The notes under the pieces: model-generated
Database searches by the model: none
Told to the model about the DNA's origin: nothing
What the model saw: the letters and a program-made list of their open reading frames with translations, nothing else
Made by a program: the position numbers and the translations under genes
In this document: piece by piece, positions 1 to 13,000 of the stretch
Layout of the letters: each line of letters starts with the position of its first letter
Position numbering within the stretch: position 1 is the stretch's first letter
NCBI GenBank assembly: GCA_905178155.1
Contig: CAJINV010000006.1
Location: 3,692,169-3,756,168, forward strand
Origin: Amoebophrya sp. A120
Taxonomy: Eukaryota > Protista > Dinoflagellata
Direction: 5' to 3'
DNA length: 64,000 bases

Positions 1-1212
1 CGATTCGAACGACAAGAAAGCAGCAGAAACTTTTTCGGTCTCTTGTTCTTCCTTCGGCTGTTCCTGTTCTTCCTCGGGGTAGTAGTCGTAGTCGTCGTTG
101 TGGTCGTACTCACCATCCCACTCTTCGTAGGGATAGTCGTTTTCGTACTCGTCATCTTCGCCGACAGCCCCTGCTGCGTAGCGCGAAGATTTTCCTTTCC
201 ACCCGAAACGCGACTTGCCTCCTTTGCCTTTCCCCGGTCCTGGGCGGTTCGGGGTGTACGTTTTTCCTTTGGCCTTGCTGTTGTTCTTGCCGCTCGGCTT
301 CCCGTGGTGGGCGCTCGACGACGGAGAACCTGAACCGTAGGTCAACCCGCGATAATTGGCATAGTTCGGATACCATCGCTGTTTTCCTTTTCCTGCTGCG
401 GCTGTGGCGCTTTCCTCCCGGCCTGCAAACGACGCAAGACACTTGACAACTTGCTTGTCAATGTCCTTGAACGCGTAGGACGCGGAAGCGCCCAAAATTT
501 GTCCCGTCTGCAGCTGAGTTAATCCGAACGATCTTAAGTACAGAAGACCTAAAAACTCTTCTCGTGGAAGATGCGCCAGCGCCTGCGCGCTCTGCTGGAA
601 GCGCGCGCGCGCCGTCACCAGGTCCCCGGTGTCGCTGTTTCTTTCCACCAACCGACACACTTCCGAAAACAGATGCATCTGGAGATCGCCGAACAGAGCC
701 TCCCTAATCTGTTCCAGCATGGTATCGTAGGTTAACGATTCCGCCACTGTTGGCGTAGCCAGATGCGTATGCACTGCCTGCAACGAAATTGCTTGCTTGA
801 TTTGTGGAAGGCCTAAGCTTTCCTCGATCCCGTATTTTCGCAAATTAGAAAGATAGCCCACAAGGTCCCGGCTGTAGGCGTTAAACTGCCCGAGTTCTTG
901 CAACTTGGGGGCGGCTTTCTGATAGTCCCAGCGGCTGAGCGGGGGCGAAGCTGTGGCCGGGGCCTGCATGTTCGGCATGGCGTTCCCCGGCTGGGGCGGC
1001 GTCGTTCCCGCTGTATTTGCTTGGCCGAGGAGATGCCGCGCGATCGGCTCGATCATTTGGGTCAGCTGTCCGAGTCTTCTCATGGTCTCCCGAAACTCTT
1101 CGGGCGTAATCGGCTGCGTTTCGCCTGCCATTGGACTCGGTCCCGCTGCGTGTTGTCCTGTTGGATGTGGCGGAGGAGGGTACTCCGCACCGGAATCGAA
1201 AGGATTGAACAT
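1..1212 (-). CDS. Gag-like ORF of an LTR retrotransposon (runs off the window start)
   Basis: Manual translation of the minus frame from ATG at 1212 to position 1 showed no stop (MFNPFDSGAEYPPPPHP...GKGKGGKSRFGWKGK...EEEQEQPKEEQETEK). It is intronless, lies downstream of a putative LTR and PBS, and is absent from the ORF track because there is no stop in the window. Gag identity is inferred from context and composition. Confidence 0.6.
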   Translation of the reverse strand, partial: MFNPFDSGAEYPPPPHPTGQHAAGPSPMAGETQPITPEEFRETMRRLGQLTQMIEPIARHLLGQANTAGTTPPQPGNAMPNMQAPATASPPLSRWDYQKAAPKLQELGQFNAYSRDLVGYLSNLRKYGIEESLGLPQIKQAISLQAVHTHLATPTVAESLTYDTMLEQIREALFGDLQMHLFSEVCRLVERNSDTGDLVTARARFQQSAQALAHLPREEFLGLLYLRSFGLTQLQTGQILGASASYAFKDIDKQVVKCLASFAGREESATAAAGKGKQRWYPNYANYRGLTYGSGSPSSSAHHGKPSGKNNSKAKGKTYTPNRPGPGKGKGGKSRFGWKGKSSRYAAGAVGEDDEYENDYPYEEWDGEYDHNDDYDYYPEEEQEQPKEEQETEKVSAAFLSFES

Positions 1213-1567
1213 TTTTGGGGTTGTTAAGATGGAAAATTTGTAATGTTAAGTAAGGGATTTTTACTTAGAATTAAGGTGATGCGATATAAGAACTTGTAAT
1301 GCGAAACACGAGCTAACTACTTAAAAATAGGCATGTTTTTCAAAAAAGTTGTATGTGGAAAATTATATGATTTACATGGAGATTAGAAGTATACTATACT
1401 TGATTTATGCGTTTTTACTTGTGTTATTTTGAATTTGTGATGCTGCTTCTGTATAAAACTGTTGAGTTATGTATTTTGTTTTTTATGCTATGTAAAAAAC
1501 TGTAACTATTTATTTTTCGAATTTGTCATGCTACTATAAAAATTTTAAAGTGAAGAAAGAAATAAAA

Positions 1568-1577
1568 TCCGCTACCA
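1568..1577 (-). promoter_or_regulatory. Primer-binding-site-like sequence TGGTAGCGGA
   Basis: Directly 3' of the LTR's terminal CA. It is complementary to a tRNA 3' end ...UCCGCUACCA, which resembles initiator tRNA-Met. Confidence 0.5.
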
Positions 1578-1936
1578 TGTGAAGTTTCCTGTAAATGTGG
1601 TGAACAACAAATTTGGAAACTTTCATAGAGGTTACGATCCTCAATCGTATTGGGGTGTTACCAATTGTGAATTCCAGTATTGCGCGTATATTGGGTTCAC
1701 AAACAAGCCTGACATCGTTCCATTCAAAAATCCACATCGGTCTTCTTTTCATCTGTATCGTTTCTCATCGTCATTGCATTCAGATTAGCACGCTATGCTA
1801 GAAGCTAGTATAGTGTGTACGATACTACAACGATAGGTGTACGATGGTCCGAATAAATATGCTCTGAACGAATACCGATAGTAGTAATGATTTTTGCATT
1901 CAGACAGAAACTGGGTGTACGTCAATACCGATGACA
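1578..1936 (-). mobile_element. Putative 5' LTR (TGT...ACA) of a retrotransposon
   Basis: On the minus strand the family-C element sequence breaks off after CTCTCATGCCTAT. The following segment runs TGTCATCGG...CTTCACA and is immediately followed by a PBS-like sequence. The second LTR is outside the window. Confidence 0.55.
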
Positions 1937-2063
1937 ATAGGCATGAGAGAGCCTTCACACAACCTGTAATGCTAAAGCATGCATCATCGACATCGTAGGT
2001 CATGCAAAATTTGCATGACAAACTTCCCCAATCCTCCAGACCCAGACATATTTGCATTTGATA

Positions 2064-5000
2064 AGACAAGCGGTTTGCCAAATGCTGGGCCAGACGATGC
2101 CGTTCAACTGTTCTCGTTTCGCCTTGTCGCTGAACACAATTTTGCCCAGTTTCCGGCGGTCAATTTGGCGCCCAGCGAGCTCTGGGTAATACTTGTGCAG
2201 CTCCCGGACTTGCGGTTGCTCTTGTTGCGCCGAAGAAGCAGATGTTGATAGTGCACCACTTATTGTAGTTGCAAGGGTAATTATCCTTTCTTCCTCCTCG
2301 CTGGTCATCGCCACGACGTTCACCTGCCCGAAAGTCTCGATGATCTGCTTGTAACACTCTGACTCTGGGTCTTCGTACGCCTCCCGCCCAATCTTGTCGC
2401 AATCGACGTAAATGAAGCCGTATTTTTCCTGCAGCATTTTTCCGATCGTGGTTTTGCCCGACCCAGAAGACCCACAAAGCCCAATCACGTAGACGGGGAG
2501 TGGTTTCGCCATTTTCAAACTCTGCGATGCTTTCTTCGTATCCTGTGCAAAAGCATCGCACTCGTACTAATCGCAGTCATGCAAGACAAATTTCATTTTC
2601 TAGCTAAATCAGCGTGACAAAATCTTTTTGTCATGCTGAGGAAATTTGTGTTGCAATACTACGAGTACGATTATACTTTTGCAGTTCATACTTCGACAGG
2701 AGGTGCAACTTCGGGTCCAATGCGGGACGAGCGGGAGGTCGTGTACTAGTTCTTGGAGGTGGAACTACTACGGAGGTAGAAGATGATGTCGTCTCCAAGT
2801 TGCTCGCGCCGTAGTTCTTGATGTAGTTATCTTCCACTTTCAGCATCCGCTTCGTGACCTGGTAAATCGTCTGCGCGAGCAGTTTTTCACACTGTCCGTA
2901 CAGGGAGAATCGTTTCTCGTAAAGCTTCTGTATCAACAAATTTCGTTCCTGTAGTAGCTGCTCTCCGGCACTCAGGTTGTTTGCGGTGGTCAACATCTGA
3001 GCACCACTGCTCGGTACTAGCATAGCAGGAACAAGGTCGAAGCAATCCCCGGGAAACGTGATGTGGGGCAGAAACGCCCCCAGTTTCCGGAAACGCTGCG
3101 TGGAGGAAGAGGTCTTGGCTTCCAGAAAGTCCGCAACCGTCTGCTGAGGGTTCATCTTCTGCCTAGAAGTAGGAGCCGAGGAAGATGAGACATGGCCGCT
3201 TGTGGCAAATAAAGCAGACACAACTGCTCCTGCTGCCGAGGAGGATGTCCCGGCTCCACCTCCTTGCGAGCTGGCTACACAGGTTTCCGGCTGCACGAGA
3301 ACGCCGTCGTTGATTACGTGGGTCGCTAAGTTTTTCAAGTACGGTATGGAGTTCTCAAACGTTACATTCTCAACTGCTACACGAATTTGTCATGGAAAAG
3401 CACCGTAAGCCGGCAGATGATCGAGCTGCTTCGCATGACAAATTTCGGGAGGGCTAGACAGCATCGAAATCTGCGCCAAACTTGTAATGCAAAAGGCGCA
3501 ATCTTCCTTCTTTCACTTATGCCAGTCTTGCATTGCAAATTCATGTAACAGTTGAAAGTGTAACACTTGAGAACTCCATATACGGCATTGCGCGGTTGTA
3601 ACCCATCTGATTCCGCTCCGCGTACCTCTGACTCTCGGCTTCGCGATATGCATTGCAAATATGTCTGGGTCTGGAAGAGTGCGCGATTTGTCCCGCAGCT
3701 TTTCCAAATGACCCATGAGGTCTGCAATGCAGGACCTGGCGTGACAGATTCTGTGCGAAGATCTCTCTCATGCCTATCCTGCATGAGAAACTCCCCCCCG
3801 ACTTGGTCAAAACTGGAGGACTTTTGGCAATCATGCAACACAGATTTTTGCATGCTTGAGATTTAGCATGACAAGTTGCATTCTTCCAGACCCGGACATT
3901 TTTACATTTGATACGCGACACCGGTTCACAAAATCCGCACCCGACTTCGTTTCTGCGGAAACCACAATCATTTCCAGCTGCGGGTCCGTGCCCGCCGGGC
4001 CCGCGGCGTCTTGCAGAAAAGTGACGAACACCTTCGGGAGCTTCGCCTTCGGCCGCTCCCGGGGGAACTGCCGTTGTTGGGCGGACACCGAATTCGAGGG
4101 CTGGTAGATCGGCATCAGCCGCATCTGCTCTTTCAGGAACAGTTCCACCTGCTCACCCCGTTTCTGCTCCAACGCGATCAAGTCGCGGAATTTCTTCTTT
4201 TCTAACAAAAGGGAGTCGTCGCCCGAGATCCCCTATCCTGTGCAAAAGTATCGCACTCGTATTGCAGTCATGCATTACAAATCCCTTTGCTAAGATAAAT
4301 CCGCATTACAAATTTTATTTCTCATGCTGAGGAAATTTGTAATGCTTTTATACGACCGAGTACGACACTTTTGCAATTCATATCCCCACGACGAGCCGCT
4401 GCTTGGTCAGGAAAAGAGCCTCGGTGAGTAGTAACTTGTGCCCATTGTGCAGTGGAACGTCGAACGTGCCCCCACAACAGACATGGCCATACGGCATGTC
4501 AATCGTCGTTGCAGGTGCTGTACTAGTTGAAGGCGCGGCCGTAAGGTTGTCGTCATCTGCAAAAGAGCCTGCGATTCTTTGGTTAGGATTTCTACTCGAG
4601 GAAGGAGGCGTTCTTGCGCTAGTAGTCGGGTTCTTCCCCCCGTGCGGATGCGGAACAACGTCACGATTTTGATTTTCGTCAAAAACACTATTTTCCAACC
4701 CAATTATTCTGCTACTCGCGCTGGTATTCAGTTGTGACGTGGGCAGTCGGCCTGCCGCGAGGTCGCGATTGGTTCTGCCGTCCGTGTCGAATTCGTATAT
4801 TTCCACTTTGCTCGGTTGAAACCGGAAACCGGACCCACGGGCGTCGAGCACCGAGGTGGAGCCGAGAAGAAGCTCCTCCTCGATGATGGACTGTCGCTGG
4901 TCGTTGTAAAACGAAGAAGAACTACTGCTCGACGTCAGACCCGAGGATTGCAAACCACCGCTACAACTCTGCGGGTGGTTGTGCGTCGACGAAGCAGGTC

Positions 5001-8000
5001 CTCCTCCTGCGGACGCCGACGCACTAGTGGCTGCTGTTCCGGCGGACGACGATAAGGGAACTCCAGTGGACATCGATGTTAAAACACTTGTTCCAGCTGC
5101 GGGGGCACTTCTTTCGTCTGCTCGTGAGGTGGACGAGGGTTTGTTCTTCAAAAAGTCCTTTTGCTCTTCGTCAAATTTTTCGTAGAAATTTAGTCCGCAG
5201 TCGAACTCTTTCGCGATCTTTTCACAGAGGAACTGCAACTTCTCTTCGTTACTCGCGAAATTGTTCTGCAGGCAGTTGGTCGGTGAGGTAAGACCATTTG
5301 TTCGTCGACGTCCAGCAGTGGGGGTAGAAGAAGGCGTGTCCGGCAGCTTGATATTCGCTGTCCCTTTGGAGGAAGTTGCATTATCCGGCTTCGTTAGCAT
5401 ATCCAAGAAAAAAAGACTGTAGGCGTAACTTTCTTCGAGGAACAGCATGACAAATCCGTCTGGCATGAGAGCAAAAACCTGTTATGCGCAGATAGCACGC
5501 GAATGTGAAAACGCCACTGAATCGTGGGCCCTACAATGCATGCCCAGCATGACAGACGCAATCATCTTGCAAGTTGGGCATCACAAAGTTACGCTAACAA
5601 AGTTTTTTTCTTCGATACAGCAACAGTGACTGGTCGCAAACGATCGCGGAAATCAGCTTGTAATTTTCCTCGGTCGGTTTCCCGGCCAGTTCGCGCAGCT
5701 GTTTTTTGTCTTCCTCTTTGTCCTTCAAAGCGACGTGCTTGCTGGAGGTCTGCTGCGCGGAAGTTGTAGTACTGGAAGCATTGACCGGGTGGCCGTTGTT
5801 TCGCTTCCTGTGCTTGGAACTACTACCTCCCTCCTCCTCTGGGGGGAAGCGGAGCATGAGCTGCTTCCAGAAGTTTCCGAACTGCAAAAACACCTTTTCC
5901 TCCTTGTGAATACTGGCATTCGCGGAGGTGGACCCGTTTACCACGTTGGTAGCGGGGTCGTTCATATCGGACGCAGTTGCGGTGTTGGTCCCATTCTTGC
6001 CAAAGCTGATCCTTGCGTAGAGCAAACGGACGAAGTTCAGCATTTTCTTGCACCCGTACTGCTTGCAATCCGCCGTGAGCAAGGACGCCGCGTTGAGGAC
6101 AATCACGTAAATCGAGGTTTGCCGGACTAGCACCGAGAAGAGCAAGTTGTTAAAAATCTTCTCCGCGCTCGCGATCGGCTGGCGCGCGTCTAGCAGGATC
6201 AAGGTCGCATTCTCCTTCTGGTGCTGCGCCGGATCTTTGCTCGCGGACAGCAACCCCCCTTGCAAAGCGAGAACCTTCCGGAAAATGAGGCTGTATTCGT
6301 GGTCTTCGTCCGCCTCATCGCCGTCATAGTAGTAGCTGAAAGTAGAAGATAAATGCCGCGGCGGCTTGTTGTTATTTTGCCTGTCATCTTTTTTACCACC
6401 TTTATCACTATCTTTCCTTGTTGTTCCTGATGCAGCTGTTCTTCTGATGGTTTTCGTCGCTTTATTGCCTACACCTCCGCCCTATCCTGTGCAAAAGTAT
6501 CGCACTCGTATAAATGCATTAAAAATTGCCTCAGCATGAGAAATAAAATGAGTCATGCATTAAATGCATGACTGCAATTACTACGACTACGATACTTTTG
6601 CACAGGATACGCGCGCCCCGGTCGCCGTAGTCGCGCTTCTGTTGATTCCTTGAAAACAGTCAAAATTTTTCTGCAAGCTGGCGGTAATCATGGACATGGT
6701 AACCATGGATGGTAGATTATTTGTACTACTTCCGGCGAATGGATTTTTAGCTGCACCATTTATTTGCATGTCATCTGCATTATGTTGATTTTTCATTATC
6801 ATAGTGCTGATCCCATCCCCCGCCTTCACACCGCCCACTTTTTGTAGCTGTTGTTCCAGTGACCATTTTTTCTTCCGCTGCAAAGCCGCAAACTCGCGCG
6901 CCGCGGCCAGGTGCAGCTCCCGGGGCGAAATGTCGAAAGGGATTGTGCTGGATCCTTGTGACTCTGACTGGTCGGTCAGAGTAGACTTAGGGGTTTTTGC
7001 GGCGTCATCTGCATCGTGGTCTACGTCTTCGCAGTTGTCAATTACATCATCATCGTCGTGGTCCTGGGGGTTCATATTTTTCGTATTATATCCAAAGTCC
7101 AGAAGAAATGGGTCATCATGTTCGACCACATGATCTTCTTTTTTATGCGGCGAGGAAGCCCCCGACTTTTTCCTTCCTGCTGCAAGGGGCCGCTTCTGCG
7201 TCGTGGTGTTTTTGTTTTTTTCCACCCCTGCATGAGCCGCGCCAGTGGTGTGTTGAACAAGTGTAGAAATAGCACCAGAACTCGTGGCGGGCTGCAGCTT
7301 CGACACAACAACTCCCATAGAGTTCTGCCTAGAAGTGAATCCACCCGCCGACGTCGGTGGTGCTACCGTACTTGCGATTGTGGTTCGCAACGCAAGTACT
7401 TCATTTTTACCCAATGGTGGGTCATCAAACGCAGTAGAGGAAGCGGCCGACAGTGGCGCTTTTCTCGTGCTAGGCTGGCGAGTGGAACAAGTAGATTTAT
7501 TGCATGGTGTTCGAACGACGTCGAATTGGTTCGTTGGTGTAGAAGTTACTGTGCTGTTCAGCATGATCTTCCCATTCACATTCTTGTGCTGGTCGTTCAA
7601 TTTCACCTCCTTGCTCTTTTTCCTCTTCTTCTTGATTTCTCCCTTACTATTTGTATTTGCTCCTCCCCGTAGTTCGCTTGTACTTGTAGAAGTTGTGCCC
7701 TGTAGTTTTTGCTGCTCATCATGCTGGAGGAGCTTGTTCTGCTTCCCTGCCGTGGTCGTGCTGCTCTTCGTGGTTTTAATATTGTTTTTACCAACAGCTG
7801 CCACGGGGTTCTGCTCGGAGGTGTAGCTATTTTCGTCCTCATCTTCGCCACAGCTGTCCGACTGCCGGTCACGCGTTATGACAGTGCACAACTCCCCCCC
7901 TCATTTGTATAGCATGAACGGCAATACAAACATCAGCAAGAATGCCGGTTTTGCATGACAAACTTACACTGGAGTCGTGTAGTGCTATTTCAGCTACCAG

Positions 8001-8168
8001 AAGTTGTCATGCAAACAGTGCCATGAAGCAGGGTCTGGATTCGGGGTTTTGCATGACAAATGAGGGGGAGGGGGAGGTGAAGTTGTGCACTTTCATACGC
8101 GTGCCAAAGCAACGGCTCTCGCCATCCACTGCCCCGTTGCCGCAACATCTACTATCGCTGTTCCCCAT
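2064..8168 (-). CDS. COASY: Bifunctional CoA synthase (PPAT + dephospho-CoA kinase) with long N-terminal extension; 3' end lies beyond the LTR insertion
   Basis: PPAT motifs CGGTFDVPLHNGHKLLL (HxGH), LVVGISGD and AGPAGTDPQLEMIVVSAET. DPCK P-loop VIGLCGSSGSGKTT..YVDCDKIG and IDRRKLGKIVFS..LNGIVWP. Exons are separated by elements at 2539, 3345, 3647, 4234, 5400, 6483 and 7877; the frame was checked at 4234, 6483 and 7877. Confidence 0.88.
3345..3580. mobile_element. Introner family D (TIR TAT..TCTCAAACGTTACA), representative copy
   Basis: TSD TACGG. Others: 12177-12443, about 18945-19181 (truncated), 26275-26542, 47170-47417 and 57565-57796. Confidence 0.9.
3647..3913. mobile_element. Introner family C (TIR TATCAAATG/TATGCATTG..TGTCTGGGTCTGGAAG), representative copy
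   Basis: TSD CGCGA. Others: 1937-2063 (interrupted), 18252, about 19230, 21062 (truncated), 23118, 27420, 30046, 41232, 46435, 48140, 48445, 50269, 55885, 58049 and 63906. Confidence 0.95.
7877..8097. mobile_element. Introner family E (TIR TATGACAGTGCACAACTCCCC..CTCATTTG), representative copy
   Basis: TSD CGCGT. Others: 18547-18782, 45824-46037, 46112-46368, 61291-61485 and 62852-63065. Confidence 0.92.
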
Positions 8169-10023
8169 CTTGAAAGATTATCTATCAAGCCAAAATCGCA
8201 ATTACAACGACCAAAACAATCAACGAAATGTCACTTGTCAACCCAATACGAGTGTTCGCAGTCCTTGCAGGAGAGCTAGAGCGCTGTGCATAAAGATAAA
8301 TTAAATTCTGTGCTTGTATGATATCGATATGTGATGTCGCCGTTTCCGTTTATCTTTTTTTATTTGTAGTTTTTCTATTTCTACCTGCTGCACAATAAGC
8401 TACTATTCTGCTGCTCGTGTCAACGAGAGCGAAGCCTAGTAGTGAAATTCTATGAACTATTCTTCGAGGTCCTCGCAAGTGAGTTAATAATACCTCTCAA
8501 TTTATTTTCACAGTAGACATCGTGAAAATTGGTGATTTGGATTATTGGAAGAAGGAGTGAAGAAAGAAATCAGATATTGGAGTTTTACGACGCATCAGTA
8601 ATTACAGAATCAGTTTCAGTTGCTCCAAGCGCCAAGAGGAAACAATAGACCGAGGGGTAATACAAGTACTCGTGGGCAAAAAAATCTTCGTGAACTTCTA
8701 GAGTTTATATATATGGTGTCAAAATAGAAGTAGAGCGCTCTCGTTGCTGTCCAAGAGCTACTTGTTAGAGCTAGACATGATAATCCTAATCGTCTACGCA
8801 AAAGTGGAATAGAAGATAAACACTGGGGCTGGCGTTAGGAATAAGAAAATTATTGGGTCGGGGTCTTCACCAAAAATCTTCAAAATCTACCTTTCTAAAG
8901 CAAATAGTGTCGCTCGTCTCAATTTAAGTTCGTTGTCGCTACTTGTTCTCGCAAATAACATAGCGACACCTAATAAATACAACTAGGCACTACCACCACT
9001 ACGCCAAAAAATTGCGTCGCTGAGGTTCGCTGCTGCCACGTTTGTGTAGATTAAGAGATGTCGCCGGGTTATGAGGGTGAAAGACATGAAGATGAACGTA
9101 GAAAACGGTTATTATCATATACGGAAAACCACGCTGCTGTGCACTGCTCGCGGCGTGTGGTTTAATCGAACTCAGAGTCATATGCACCATGCTTCAAATT
9201 GTGTATCGCAATCATCCTTCTGTAGGGGCGGCGCTCTTGTTCCCTATCCTAGCTTAGAACTACGGTTAAGACGAATACGGCCGTTCGTTTAGATCAACGT
9301 CTAGTACTACGCCGAAACAAATACCGCATGAGGAAGGCATCAAAAAGAACTTCCCTACTTCTTGCCTCACTAGTGTTACGCTACGAAGGCCGGTTGTGAG
9401 TGTAAATACCAGCGTAGCGGTGGTGGAATCTGTCATGATCTTGTGTTTTTGATGTTGCGTCTTTACTTGGCACTGTGAAGTAGAAGTAGATCCTGTCCTT
9501 GTGCCTATATCCAGAGGGCTCTCGCACCTGCAGTTTCGGGCCTGGCTCTGTTTGACAAGAAGCACGCAGAGGGAACAACAACAAGTGTGAACAAAATCAA
9601 GGAGCCTGTCTACGCTCCTGCTGGTTGCGCGTGTGCTGCCCGGCGCAGCACGTCGACCAGTGTAGCAACAGCAGTAGCTCCTGCTGAATAAATGTTCAAT
9701 AACGGAATCTTCTGAAACGTTTCCATTGATATTCTTTTTTCTGACGCCTTGATCGCGCAGATGACATCTTGCATTTATTTCATTCTGATGATGATGCTCC
9801 GTAAGTGCAGGAGCATACATCTCTCCAATAAAAGGAAACGCCATCAGTTCTTCTAGTTTTTGAAACATCAAACTCAAGGTCGCCGCCACAAAATTTGCGC
9901 CCTACACCTTCTCGGAGTATAATTGCTGTGGAAAAATACTAGCTTACAGCTCCTGAACCAGTTAGCGACTCGATGTGGAACTTGTGAGATGGAGTTGAAT
10001 TAGTTCGCACATCCTCCAATCAT

Positions 10024-13000
10024 TTACAGATCCGGAGAAGACTCCATCACAGACTGCGTACTAGCGGGAAGAACTGCAGGTCCACCACGACCAGCTCCCC
10101 CAGGTACGACGGCAACTGCCTCAGTACTAGTACCAACTTGCTGGCTGTTCTGCATCTGTTGTGCCACTGTTCCTTGCTGTCCAGTGCCTACAACAACTCC
10201 TGCAGTTGGTAGCTGCGCCTGCTGCTGCTGTTGAGCGGCCAACTGCATCGGTTGCGAGAGCTGCTGCAAGACAGCTTGCTGCTGCGCGGGCTGCAGGATT
10301 TGTGCGGATCCACCTGGAGCAGTTGCCATTGAAACCACCGCCCCGCCATAATTCCCATTGCGGGGGCCACCACCTGCGCCAACGGGCAGTGAAGGGGCGG
10401 GGGCCTGCTGCCCGTAGTTACTACTCCTGTAATTCCAATTCCCGACTCCAAAACTACCGAAAGAACCGCCACCGCCCTCGAACCCCTTCGGCGTCATGAC
10501 ACAGAGCAGCAACGCACACATTGCGATGAAGAGGAGAATGAGCAGAATCAGCAAGTTTTTGTTGTTCTGCAGTGCAAAACTTGTCGCGTCGTACTAGCAT
10601 AAATCGCAACACAAATTGACTTAGCATCACAAATGAAATTTGTAGTGCGGATTTACCTAACTAACTCGATTTGTAATGCATAACTGCGATTAATACTACG
10701 AGTACGATACTTTTGCACAGGATAGTTCTTCACGAGGTACCCGAGGAAACTGTTTGATTCCCCGGTAGAGTCCTGAATTAGCAGGTCCGACTCCCTTGTC
10801 TCCGTTAACTTCATGTAGGCCTGCGACATTTCCGTGTTAGACCAGTCCGCGCTGGTAGAGACGTCAATCACCTTATCCTTTGCAAAACCAGAACCACGAC
10901 CACCACCAGGATCCTCGCCAGCTGTAATGCAAAATGCGCAAAGGCAAAATTGTCATGAATGTGGTTTTATTTCGCATCACAAATTATAGCGATCGGGACA
11001 AGGTCGTCGTGGTCGTGAAAGATTTTTACGATTTCATACAGCTCTTGGTGTATCCCGACCAGATCTTCCTGCTCCACCCTGGTCAGTTGCTCCTCTGTTT
11101 TTGAAATGACTTGCAAAAGTCTATCGCACTAGTAGAAATCGCATGACAAATTTCCTGACCATGAGAAGTAAAGTTTGTAATGCAGATTTGCCTTGGAAAA
11201 GAGATTTGTAGTGCATGACTGCAATTTATTACTACGAGTACGATACTTTGCAGTTCATATTTGACACGGCAATGTCGAAGCTGTCACTGTCCAGCGTCGG
11301 GGTCATTTGCAGAGTCTTGCACTGTCCCGCGAGCGACTCCACTCGGTCAATCACGTCCCGCTGCAGTTTCCGCTATTGTGTCGAAAAACGTCCAAACCCC
11401 ATAGTCAAGATGGAAAACCTGCTACACAAATCCCTAAGCTTTGGCTGTCGCGCATGACAACTTTGGGCTCGTCGCAATAGTGGCCTTTAGCTAGTGCATC
11501 AGCATCACAGATCCAGTTTGTCATGCTGAATCGAGCATGACAAGTCCCAATAAATGACCACTAGAAAACGCCTCTGATGTGTCCTCTCCGCATGAGAAAC
11601 ATTTTAAGCATGCAGATTTGCAAAACAACTCTGGGGTTGGGACGTTTTTACACAGGATATCCGCAGCCAGGAATTTATCGCCTCCGATTTTCGCCTGCAG
11701 CACTTATCCTGTGCAACAGTATCGTATTCGTAGTGCAGTCATGCATTACAAATCTTGTTCTTAAAGAAAATCCGCATTACAAATTTTATTTCTCATGCTG
11801 AGGAAATTTGTAATGCATTTATACGAGTACGATACTTTTGCAGTTCATAGCACTGCAAGTAGGACAACAACTCCTCCTCCCACAAATTTAAATCCTGCTT
11901 GGTGAAAGGCTTCCCGGACAGCGCATCCTCGGCGTTGGTGCCGGACAGATATGCAGTGCAAAAGCATCGCACTCGTATTGCAATCATGCATTACAAATCT
12001 TTTTCTTAAGGTAAAGCAGCATTACAAATTTTATTTCTCATCCTGAGGAAATTTGTTCAATTTGTAATGCATTTATACGAGTCGTGCGGTACTTTTGCAC
12101 TGCATAACAGAGATTCGGGAGCCAATCTGGAACACTCCTGCTGGTCGATACTGGCGACTCCGGATAGCACGTCGTATATAACCTGCTCAGCTGTTACATC
12201 AATCTCAAGCGTTACAATAGAATCTGGAATTTGTGTTGCAAGAAGTGCACGATCTAGCCTACTCTCATAGGATTGCGCATGACAAGTTCTGGAGTCCCGA
12301 TCCGCACTACAATGATCTGGCGAAATTTGTATTGCAGAAAGTCGAACGCTGTCCGAGTCTGTGTCTGTCATGCTCATCATGCATTACAAAACACAGTAGA
12401 TTCTGTTGTAAGGTTTGAGATTGTAACGTTTGAGCAGGTCATATCGTACTTCATTTTCGTCTGGATTTGTGACTGCGGATGAAGATGATGCTGGTTGTGG
12501 TGGTGATGGTGATGTTCTTCGGATTTCATGATCTCTTTGTTGTGTACTAGTTGTTGACCTTGCAGATGCGAAGCAGTTGAGCTGGCGTGTAGTTCCAGTT
12601 CCTGTAGCTGCTTCTCCTTTTCCGCTAGCCCCAGTTGCAGTAGTGAAAACAATGAGGTACTAGACGACGCACTCGAGTTTTTACCATCTTGCTCGACCTG
12701 CAGATGATCGCTATTGAACTCGTCCTCCGGCCCTGCTTCTTTGAAGACGCCTTTAGCAGGTTGTAGTACAGGTGACCACGTCGAGATCAAATCCAGATCT
12801 AGCAGCGAAGAAGGCGAGTTTTCACTTCTAGATGAAAGAGCCCGCGGCCGCGATGAATACTTGTTGTAGTCCACCTTCCCGTTCTCCAGAAACACCACCG
12901 CGCCCGCGCCCAGCTGCAGCCTTGTCCCGGCCGGAAGGTGAATCAAAGCGCGATATTGCAAGGAAAAATGCCCCCTCCCCATAATATTGGAAGCGCGTGA

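Noticed and set aside
1524-1936. Alternative LTR boundary using the TGTCAT/ATGACA inverted ends
   Set aside because: No PBS follows 1524, whereas a TGG-initiated PBS directly follows 1578.
3541-3921. Recurrent short ORFs with [19 protein letters not shown] or LPDPDIF as a protein family
   Set aside because: They are translations of introner TIRs and interiors, not genes. I saw no transposase motif in any element.
9266-9889. 207-aa minus-strand ORF
   Set aside because: No recognisable domain, no introners and a non-ATG start. Probably UTR or intergenic.
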